Shown here one piece after another: positions 7,927-15,669 of a stretch of DNA of 21,586 nucleotides. This stretch comes from a virus (lineage: Duplodnaviria; Heunggongvirae; Uroviricota; Caudoviricetes). Each line of letters begins with the position of its first letter. The stretch's first letter is position 1. Below the pieces are notes generated by a model. It was not told where the DNA came from. It worked only from the letters and a program-made list of their open reading frames with translations, and made no database searches. The position numbers were made by a program, and so were the translations under genes. The DNA is taken from positions 1-21,586 of the IMG/VR virus record IMGVR_UViG_3300032163_000007; one strand, 5' to 3'.

Positions 7927-9339
7927 ATGCAAGTAATAGGCAAACGTGAGCAGCGCTCAACATTGAATTACCCCTTTGATTTAAGTGGTACCAGCACTTG
8001 GGGTAACACAAGCAATCTTCCTGAAGCTAGATTTGATGCAGCTTTATGTTATGACTCTCTTAACGCTAGACTTATTATAGGAGGTGGCCGTACAGACGCT
8101 ACCTATACTGCTCTTGCTACAACAAAGGTGTCCTATGATGGAGTTACTTGGGCAGCAGGACCGTCTTGCGCGGGTCTCTATGGGCATAAGATGGTTCAAT
8201 TTGGTAATGATCTTTGGGTTACTGGTGGACATACCTCAGGTGGAGATGTTAGAAATAACATAGCTATATCTGTTGGGGGCACGGCTAGCTTCACAGATAA
8301 CTTAGGTGGGTCTGGCATGACTGTAGCCAGAGGCTACCACGGCTCAGTAGTATTCAATGGTAAGCTATATGTTATTGGTGGAGAAGGTTCTGGTGGGAGC
8401 TATCTTAATTCTATCTCTTATAACTCCTCATACCCAGCAGCTTTTACTACCGTTACCCCAGCAGCTATGTGGGCAGGTAGAAAAGGACTTGGCTGCATAG
8501 TATTTCAAGGCAAGGTATGGGTAATCGGAGGACAGACTGGAAGCAGCGCCTATGACAACCAAATATGGTGGTCAAGCTCTCCAGAAACTAGCTGGACTCA
8601 GGTAACTCCGGTTGTAACAGGAGGGTCTCTATTTGGAGGCAGATCCGGCATGTCCTTATTTATATATAATGGGAAGATGTACCTGTTTGGTGGTTTTAAT
8701 GGCACTACATACCTGTCTGACCTGTATAGTACAGTAGATGGAACAAATTGGGTTGTAGAATCGGTATCTGTCACAGGTCTCGCAGGAGCTGGGTATGCGT
8801 CTGCATTAACGGCTTTTTCGAACCAGATATTTTACATGGGTGGGATCACAGGAACAAACGCATCTCCAACATACACAGGAGCTGTTTGGACCTACCCACA
8901 AGACCAGCAAGCCACTTATGGGAACCTACACGTAGTAGGTACCATGCATGCAAAGAAGCTTTGGAGCTACGCTATTGGAGCATACTACGCAGACTTGGGA
9001 GAGTACTTTTACTGCGATGAGAACTTACCTAATGGTACTCCTGTGTCTATCATAGGATATCGAAAAGTAGGTAGGTACAACGGAAAGAACTTTGCTGGAA
9101 TTATAACTATAAACTCTGGTGTGTACATGGGAGAAGACCTTAAAGGATTACCTAACACAGCACTAGTGGGACTTGCAGGTACCGTGTCTATGTGCGTTGA
9201 TGATCCTTCTATTGAGACTGGGGATGAGATTACTGCAGTAGGCTTTGAGTTTGTTAAGAAGACGAAAGAGACCCAACCAGTTCTAGCTATAGCTCAAACT
9301 TCCTATAACAAGGGTAGCGTTATAGTCTTAAAGACCTAG
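7927..9339 (+). CDS. Kelch-repeat beta-propeller tail spike / receptor-binding protein with a C-terminal peptidase G2-like (intramolecular chaperone) domain
   Basis: TAGGAG RBS. Six GG-type Kelch blades (LIIGGG, LWVTGGH, LYVIGGE, VWVIGGQ, MYLFGGF, IFYMGGI). Linker 'GNLHVVGTMHAKK', then 'YYADLGEYF...GTPVSI...FAGII...VGLAGTV...IETGDEI', the pattern of phi29 gp12-type C-terminal chaperones. Confidence 0.75.
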   Translation: MQVIGKREQRSTLNYPFDLSGTSTWGNTSNLPEARFDAALCYDSLNARLIIGGGRTDATYTALATTKVSYDGVTWAAGPSCAGLYGHKMVQFGNDLWVTGGHTSGGDVRNNIAISVGGTASFTDNLGGSGMTVARGYHGSVVFNGKLYVIGGEGSGGSYLNSISYNSSYPAAFTTVTPAAMWAGRKGLGCIVFQGKVWVIGGQTGSSAYDNQIWWSSSPETSWTQVTPVVTGGSLFGGRSGMSLFIYNGKMYLFGGFNGTTYLSDLYSTVDGTNWVVESVSVTGLAGAGYASALTAFSNQIFYMGGITGTNASPTYTGAVWTYPQDQQATYGNLHVVGTMHAKKLWSYAIGAYYADLGEYFYCDENLPNGTPVSIIGYRKVGRYNGKNFAGIITINSGVYMGEDLKGLPNTALVGLAGTVSMCVDDPSIETGDEITAVGFEFVKKTKETQPVLAIAQTSYNKGSVIVLKT

Positions 9340-9364
9340 ACCACTACAACCAAGGAGTCGTAAT

Positions 9365-9949
9365 ATGACATTTAGTTGGACAAACACCAATACTCCCTGC
9401 AGTCGAAATAGTGCAAATGGGAATAACCCCTCGCCTGTTGCTACGACAAGTATAGCTAAAGCTGCAGATCTTAATGAGGTCAGATCAGCTGTAGAGGGAA
9501 TCTATGGCTACTACCACGGCAAAGATGTAGCCTGCCCAGTTGCTCCCTCTTGGGATGGTGTAATGGCTTCTGCAGTGGCTGGAAATATTGTAAGCGCCTC
9601 CCATATAAATGAGCTGAGATATGCAGTAAACGCGCTACGTACTACTTACAACGTCTGTGACTGTAATGGTCCTCATTGCTACGATCAAGGCAACTGTAGC
9701 AGTGGTTATTGTTGCTGGAATTGGTGTAATCCACAGGATAGAGATCGAAGATACTCTTATTTTGGGCAGCCAGGAGCATTTGCTTGGACTGGCTCTGATC
9801 CGGAGAGTGATGTGAATCCTAAGCGAGTAGGAGCATCAAAGCCCGTATCAGCAGGTGCTATACAAGAACTAAGAAATGCCATCGACACAATGAACAACGC
9901 CAGTACCTGGGGTGGCAGACAGAGTTCAGGAAATAACCTAACATTCTAA
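9365..9949 (+). CDS. Cys-rich repeat protein; putative substrate of the adjacent radical SAM enzyme and possible tail accessory protein
   Basis: AAGGAG RBS at 9352-9357. Three W...[IV]xAxx[LI][NQ]E[LV]RxA[VI] repeats. Central segment C98-C121 has 7 Cys in 24 residues. Lies directly upstream of a radical SAM/SPASM gene. Confidence 0.7.
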   Translation: MTFSWTNTNTPCSRNSANGNNPSPVATTSIAKAADLNEVRSAVEGIYGYYHGKDVACPVAPSWDGVMASAVAGNIVSASHINELRYAVNALRTTYNVCDCNGPHCYDQGNCSSGYCCWNWCNPQDRDRRYSYFGQPGAFAWTGSDPESDVNPKRVGASKPVSAGAIQELRNAIDTMNNASTWGGRQSSGNNLTF

Positions 9950-9960
9950 AAGGGAAATTT

Positions 9961-11361
9961 ATGTACACTTGGGCCACGCTCAACCTAACGAATCAATGCA
10001 ACCTTTCTTGCACTTACTGCTTCGAGAGAGTGAGGAACGCGAAAGCCATGTCTTTTGAGGAAGCCAAAGACATTATCGATGAGCTTCTTTCTCATAATGA
10101 CGGAAAGACTCCTCTCAGTTTGTGGCTATTTGGCGGGGAGCCTACTCTTGTTCCAGAGCTAACAGTAGAAATTATACACTACATTAATGAGACCACTTCT
10201 ATAAGAAAGACTTTTTTAGGTGTTGTTATGTTTACTAATGGACTACTCTGGTCCCAAGATATAATTGATGAAATGTTAAAAAGCTCCGGCTACACCTCCT
10301 ACAACATACAAATATCTTACGATGGAGACTCAAATTCAGCACGAGATCGAGGAAACCTAGCACTTAGAACGGCTACGGAACAAAACATGTTAAAGTATAT
10401 AGATTCTGGGTTAAAGGCTACTATACGGTCTACAATAACTCCAGAAAGCTATGTTCCAGGGACACTATACAACCTGCTACAGCTCTCCCATCAGATTGGT
10501 ATATCTTTTGCAGCGAACTTCCTATCTGAGGCTTTCTCTTATTCTCCAGAAGTGGTAGAGGCCATTAAACAGGATCATGAAAGATGCGCTGAGCAGATTT
10601 TGGAATGGTACCGCGCAGATGATTTGGGGGAGTATGTATTTTATAGCTTTGACCCTCGCATATTTTATAATGACTCAGAAAAAGGCTGCTCAGTTACTCA
10701 AGGTAACGCCGTTAGTTTTTTACCAGGAGACCCCACCGAATATGTTTGTAACTACGCTGCGAGTCATCCTGAAGCGGAGTTTCGAGTTAAGTCTGAATGT
10801 GCCACATGTGATGTTCCAGGTTGTAACCTATGCGGGTTGCAGGAGTCTGTTGAGGGTCCTCTTGATGAATCATTCTGTGACTTCAAGAAAATGATATACA
10901 GGGATGTTTTGCTAAAGTTTAGAGATGACCTTATCAAAGAGGGGTTGGCATTTATTCCCAAAGAGGACGACCTTTTTGTAATCCGTATGCTAGAGAGTAC
11001 TTTTGCATTTTTATATCCTCTGCGCCCAGAGCATATGGGGACCTTTATGCCTAATCTACCCCCTCCTCACCATTTTCGAAGTCTCAGTGAGTACTTGAGA
11101 CATACTGCATTCGTATTATTGGACCTAGCTCAAAGTATTTTGAATAGGGAAGGACTTCTCAGAGAATTAGGAGTTGACATTCAAACCAAAGACGATGTAT
11201 ACTCGTACTTAACGTATTTAGTAGGGCAAGTCATCAGTTTTAAGTATGCTACTCCGGACGCTAAGTTCATTAAGTTAGATACTTTTGACGCAATTACCCT
11301 GATGTTTATGTTGTTAGAAGCGACGAAGCCCTTAGAGACTGTAAAAAGTAATGCAGCATGA
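9961..11361 (+). CDS. Radical SAM enzyme with a compact SPASM-type auxiliary Fe-S region and an extra C-terminal domain (putative peptide/protein maturase)
   Basis: CxxxCxYC motif C13/C17/C20 (QCNLSCTYC), 'FGGEPTL', 'FTNGLL', 'IQISYDG', 'IRSTIT'. Seven further Cys: C243, C263, C280, C283, C288, C291, C306. Confidence 0.92.
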   Translation: MYTWATLNLTNQCNLSCTYCFERVRNAKAMSFEEAKDIIDELLSHNDGKTPLSLWLFGGEPTLVPELTVEIIHYINETTSIRKTFLGVVMFTNGLLWSQDIIDEMLKSSGYTSYNIQISYDGDSNSARDRGNLALRTATEQNMLKYIDSGLKATIRSTITPESYVPGTLYNLLQLSHQIGISFAANFLSEAFSYSPEVVEAIKQDHERCAEQILEWYRADDLGEYVFYSFDPRIFYNDSEKGCSVTQGNAVSFLPGDPTEYVCNYAASHPEAEFRVKSECATCDVPGCNLCGLQESVEGPLDESFCDFKKMIYRDVLLKFRDDLIKEGLAFIPKEDDLFVIRMLESTFAFLYPLRPEHMGTFMPNLPPPHHFRSLSEYLRHTAFVLLDLAQSILNREGLLRELGVDIQTKDDVYSYLTYLVGQVISFKYATPDAKFIKLDTFDAITLMFMLLEATKPLETVKSNAA

Positions 11362-11379
11362 AAGCATAATTAAAAAGAG

Positions 11380-13446
11380 ATGTTAGTACCAGCACTATAT
11401 TTTAAACGAGTAACGAAGTACTTTCCAGCACTACTTAAGAAGTATGAGGGGCAAAAGAAGGATTCGGGTCCTCTAGTTCACAGATACGTCTATAAAGAGA
11501 TGAACGCTAGTGGTGAATGGGATTATATCTATCCTGAGGACTTACAGCGTATGGAGAGAGAAAAGGGTCCTGAGCTTGACAAGTTCCAAAGAAGTAAGAA
11601 CTATAAGTCAAATATGCGCCGCATACAAAAGCTTCAAGAGGAACAGAAGCAGAACCCAGCAAAATATGAAGAGAATAAGTTATTGGCTAGTACTCAGAGA
11701 GCCGAAGAGCCTCCTCCTAAGATATCTCCTGCAACTTTAAAAGCAAAGAAGCTTGAGTATGGCATGGATCCAGATGCTACTGCTACCTGGTTTGTAGATA
11801 CTGAGACAGGAGAAATCCGTCCAGTTATGAGGGAGCACGAAGATGTTCCTGCTGACCGTAGAGGGATACAGATACTTCCTGGAGATATTATAAAATATGA
11901 CCAGACCAAAGCGGCACATTATACTAAAGCGGAAAAAGGCGAAGATGGCAACTTTAAGAATCCTGCGGGCAAGGCAAAGAGTACTGAGGGCATATTTATG
12001 GGTCAATCTGAAGACGATCCAAATATGGCAGTAGTAGCTGTACACAGCGGAAACAGAAATGGAAAATATCTGGTTCCTATGAGTAGTATCAAACACCATC
12101 TAACACATCCTGAGAAGCATGCCGAGAAGCAAAAGGAGGTTCAGGCAACTGCAGCTTATAAGAAGAATTTAAAAGAGAGCTTGTGGAAGAAGGAATATGG
12201 ATCCCCGGGGATGTCCGTAAAAGAAATAGATGCACTCTTCCTGGCTCAGCCCGAGATAAGCGGTGGAGAGAGAACTACTACCGACCCAGAGACCGGAGAA
12301 ACAAAGACAGTGAAGATTCAGGGAATAATTCCTAAACTAGAGAACAGGCTTAAAAAGATTTTCTATCTATCAGACTTTGCCAAGAATGAGCTTACTGGAT
12401 ACTTACAGGATTTCTGCACAGACTCTTCAAAAACTCAACTAGTTAGATTGGCTTCACAGAGGGAGTCTGAGGGCTATGTAGATGAGGAGACAGGAGAAAC
12501 TGTAGAGGGTACAGGAGCTCCAGCAGCTGGTATTAGTAATAGGGTCATGACTAGACGCGCTAAAGGCATCATTGACCATCTCAATAATACGCAGACGCAC
12601 GCGCTAGCTGGTTGGTGTAAGGAAGTTATCGCAGGGAAATTTGGTATGTCCGAGTTCACTGGAGACGATATGCACAACACTATACGCTATATGAAGGTAC
12701 TTCAAGAGCTTCAGGCGAAAAACGTCGGGGATGTTACGAAGCTACCTATGAAGGCGAAGGCTGAGGGTCTCAAGCAGTCTATGATAGATAGGTTCCATGG
12801 AACCATAGCTAAACACACGAGAACGCTTGATAACGCCTTCACAGATATAGGCACTAACTACGACCCCGAAGTAAAAGCAGCAGCTAAAGAGAAGCTAAAC
12901 GGGTACATAGCCAAGGCTAAGGTAGCTATAGAAAATCTCGATAAGAAGCCTATTAGTTACTTCGAAGATCTAGTAACAACATACGACCGCTACGTATCCT
13001 TTAAGCAACTCAGTGACATAAATTCCGCCGAGGGTGTTGGTGACAGGAATATAGAGGTGTCCAACTCTATGTACGAGGGAGCAAGCGGCAGGGACACTAG
13101 AAATAAGAAGGCCCTAGAGCACTTTCAAAAGTATCTGCCTAAGATTAAGACACTTCTTCAGGGTACTGGAATGACTGAAGCACAGGTCCAGAGACTCGTT
13201 GACTATCATACAAGCTTAGACACGGGTCAAACGGAATATGAACCCTGGCAGGGCTCGGACGCGGAAGCAGCCCTTACAAAAATAGGGAAAGAGCATCCAG
13301 AGACTATGGACACCCTTAACGAGCTGATAGCTCAGGGCTTGAATCTGGCTGCAGATAAAGACAAAGACCTTTACGGTGAAGACTTCGAAGATGAGGATGA
13401 GTATGACAGTGACTTCGATCCAGCTGACAACACATCTTCTTATTAA
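11380..13446 (+). CDS. Large hypothetical protein (688 aa); possibly virion-packaged, weak sigma-70-like signature in the C-terminal half, acidic tail
   Basis: Long, highly charged ORF. N-terminal 'HRYVYKE...GEWDYIYPED' motif, SH3/KOW-like segment 'ILPGDIIKY...EGIFMG...AVVAV...YLVPMSSI', three DxETGE repeats, D/E-rich C-terminus. Confidence 0.6.
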   Translation: MLVPALYFKRVTKYFPALLKKYEGQKKDSGPLVHRYVYKEMNASGEWDYIYPEDLQRMEREKGPELDKFQRSKNYKSNMRRIQKLQEEQKQNPAKYEENKLLASTQRAEEPPPKISPATLKAKKLEYGMDPDATATWFVDTETGEIRPVMREHEDVPADRRGIQILPGDIIKYDQTKAAHYTKAEKGEDGNFKNPAGKAKSTEGIFMGQSEDDPNMAVVAVHSGNRNGKYLVPMSSIKHHLTHPEKHAEKQKEVQATAAYKKNLKESLWKKEYGSPGMSVKEIDALFLAQPEISGGERTTTDPETGETKTVKIQGIIPKLENRLKKIFYLSDFAKNELTGYLQDFCTDSSKTQLVRLASQRESEGYVDEETGETVEGTGAPAAGISNRVMTRRAKGIIDHLNNTQTHALAGWCKEVIAGKFGMSEFTGDDMHNTIRYMKVLQELQAKNVGDVTKLPMKAKAEGLKQSMIDRFHGTIAKHTRTLDNAFTDIGTNYDPEVKAAAKEKLNGYIAKAKVAIENLDKKPISYFEDLVTTYDRYVSFKQLSDINSAEGVGDRNIEVSNSMYEGASGRDTRNKKALEHFQKYLPKIKTLLQGTGMTEAQVQRLVDYHTSLDTGQTEYEPWQGSDAEAALTKIGKEHPETMDTLNELIAQGLNLAADKDKDLYGEDFEDEDEYDSDFDPADNTSSY

Positions 13447-13477
13447 AGTAAGCTTTTAATAATTTATAGAATCAGGT

Positions 13478-14284
13478 ATGCCAAAAAAGAATTTAGGAGT
13501 AACCTATAAGTTAATGCCATGCTCTATGGAGGAGCATGAGGGTGTTAAGCAGATGATACTCTTTTATAGAGATCTGATTCAGAGAAGATTTAGGGTCAAT
13601 GTCTATGGGTTTTTGAAGAAGAACCTCAGAGAAATGAAGTCTTGGAACAAGCTATACTTATCATATAAGTGGCTAAAAGAGGAGGGTATAAATGTTAAGG
13701 AATATTGGCAGGTGGTTGTACATAACTTTGAGCCGAGTATCTTCAAACATGCCTATCCTTTTCTAATTAACGCAAAGGCTTATGAAGGCCTTTACATTAG
13801 TGGAGTAGATCTCACAAAAAGAGAAAACGGAGGAGCCAACTCTACTAAATTCTCGTCTAGTTTCCATGTTACACTCAAGGTGATAGGTAGAGACCTTATA
13901 ACACTTAAAAAGCTTAAGATATCGAATAAAGCGATGGCTGACACTGATATAATGCTAGACTTCCTAGGCTTCTTCACCAATACCTTCATATTGTCAGATT
14001 TAACCTTATTTATAGCTCTAGCAGAGCAACCAAAGCTGTTCGAAAGTTACTTTTTGGATTTACACAGGCGTAAAGATATCAAGCTACTTCATAATAGGCT
14101 GTTCTATGATCAGGTAGAGTATGATAAGCTCGTTGAGTACCGAAAGATCATGGAAAGCTACATTGATCAGCGCATTGATACTGAACGAGATATGTATTTA
14201 TTAAATCCGTCGGGATTTTTGATAGGATTACAGAACGATCTAGAGGAGGTCAATTATATGATTAGTGAGGCACCATGCAAGTAA
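13478..14284 (+). CDS. Hypothetical protein coupled to the helicase gene (candidate helicase loader or replication initiator); exact start uncertain
   Basis: 268-aa ORF whose 3' end overlaps the helicase start by 10 nt. RBS at 13478 is poor; in-frame ATGs at 13514, 13526 and 13553 are alternatives. Confidence 0.55.
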   Translation: MPKKNLGVTYKLMPCSMEEHEGVKQMILFYRDLIQRRFRVNVYGFLKKNLREMKSWNKLYLSYKWLKEEGINVKEYWQVVVHNFEPSIFKHAYPFLINAKAYEGLYISGVDLTKRENGGANSTKFSSSFHVTLKVIGRDLITLKKLKISNKAMADTDIMLDFLGFFTNTFILSDLTLFIALAEQPKLFESYFLDLHRRKDIKLLHNRLFYDQVEYDKLVEYRKIMESYIDQRIDTERDMYLLNPSGFLIGLQNDLEEVNYMISEAPCK

Positions 14285-15669
14285 AACAATATGAATTTGA
14301 TGAAGAGTTTCAATGGAAGATTCTAGCACTCATGGTGCAAGAGGATAATCTTGTCAGAGATCATTATGATACTCTACACTCATCTTTCTTTACTAATCCT
14401 ATCTTTCAGAATCTGTGTAGAATTATAACTGAGTTCGTAACCAAATATGGAGTGCCTCCTTCTGAGGATATTCTTATTGAGCTGGTAAGGACATTCACAA
14501 ACAGAGATATCTACAGAGCTGAGCAAGAGCTATATATGGACATCACCAAGGAGCTTTATGCATTCTCTCTAAAGGGTAAAGATTACATCCTTGATCAGAT
14601 TATTGGATTTGGTAAGCATAGAGCTCTAGAGAACGCTATTCTTAAGAGTGTGGAACTTCTTAAGGATCATGAGTATGAGAAGATAACATCAGTAATACAG
14701 GAGGCTGCAAGAGTGGGCGTAAGCAAAAAGAATATAGGATCATTTTATTTGGATGGTGCAGACGCACGTACGTTAAAGAGAAGCATGCCACCTAGAAGTG
14801 TTGTACCAACAGGCTTTGCTGATTTAGATAAGTATCTAGAGGATGGTGGGATGCATGCACAGGAGTTAGCTTTTATTCTAGCTCCGTCTAGCGCTGGTAA
14901 ATCACTGATGTTAGGGAACCTGGCCAGGAACGCACTACTTAACAGGTTTAAGGTGCTGTATATAACTCTCGAAATGAGTATTGAGCAGATTGAGACCCGT
15001 TTAGACAGCATGTTCGTGGAAACAAGGAAAAAGGAATTAAAGCATAAGGGAGAGAACCTGACATCCAAGATGAAGGCAGTTAAGCTCCTTGGTGGTAACA
15101 TCCATATCCAGCACTTCCCCTCCAAGTCAATCACAACTAATGACATTATTGCGTACATAGATATGTTAAGAGTTACATATAATTTTGAACCAGACATCCT
15201 CTTTGTAGATTATGCTGATCTTATGAATCCCGTTGATCCCCAAAAGGATGAGCGTTTGAGACAGGCTAAAGCCTTTGAAGATCTCTTCTCTCTTGCAGGT
15301 ACTCTTCAGATTCCAGTGTGGACAGCTACTCAAGCTAATGCCAGTGCCTATACTGCAGCCAAAGAAAAGCGCAACATCGAGATGCAGGATGCTAGTGAGA
15401 GCAAAAATAAAGCTTTTACTGCGGATCTAGTTGTTAGTTTGCAGAGCTTAGAAAAATCTCCAGATGGTAGTACAGGTAGAAGCAGACTCTACATAGCCAA
15501 GTACCGTCACGGGGTATCTCAAGTGGCACATGAGATTGATGTCAATTATGACACTATGACAATGCACACGACTGGAAAGCAATTCTCAGATGTAGAAAAA
15601 GATAAGAAGCGCATCAAAGAATTATTTAATGCCCCGATAGAGGAGGAAGCTGATGGCAACAAAAAGTAA
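14275..15669 (+). CDS. dnaB: Replicative DNA helicase, DnaB/T4 gp41-like (SF4)
   Basis: 'VPTGFADLD', Walker A 'APSSAGKS', 'LYITLEMS', Walker B 'ILFVDYADLM', 'VWTATQAN', arginine-finger region 'KYRHG'. Confidence 0.95.
   Translation: MQVKQYEFDEEFQWKILALMVQEDNLVRDHYDTLHSSFFTNPIFQNLCRIITEFVTKYGVPPSEDILIELVRTFTNRDIYRAEQELYMDITKELYAFSLKGKDYILDQIIGFGKHRALENAILKSVELLKDHEYEKITSVIQEAARVGVSKKNIGSFYLDGADARTLKRSMPPRSVVPTGFADLDKYLEDGGMHAQELAFILAPSSAGKSLMLGNLARNALLNRFKVLYITLEMSIEQIETRLDSMFVETRKKELKHKGENLTSKMKAVKLLGGNIHIQHFPSKSITTNDIIAYIDMLRVTYNFEPDILFVDYADLMNPVDPQKDERLRQAKAFEDLFSLAGTLQIPVWTATQANASAYTAAKEKRNIEMQDASESKNKAFTADLVVSLQSLEKSPDGSTGRSRLYIAKYRHGVSQVAHEIDVNYDTMTMHTTGKQFSDVEKDKKRIKELFNAPIEEEADGNKK

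Noticed and set aside
1-9339. Bacterial extracellular contractile injection system or tailocin
   Set aside because: It is contiguous with a full phage-type replication module on the same strand.
9961-11361. Radical SAM gene as QueE (7-deazaguanine DNA modification) or NrdG/PFL activase
   Set aside because: At 466 aa with a SPASM-like Cys set it is much longer than those enzymes. No queC, queD, folE or nrdD lies in the window, and its neighbour is a Cys-rich protein.
9365-11361. A darobactin-like secreted antibiotic cluster
   Set aside because: The WNW is internal and followed by 74 more residues. There is no ABC exporter or peptidase nearby, and the context is a phage tail module.
13441-13477. 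Rho-independent terminator between the 688-aa gene and the replication module
   Set aside because: Only a short AAGCTT palindrome followed by Ts is present, with no GC-rich stem of adequate length.
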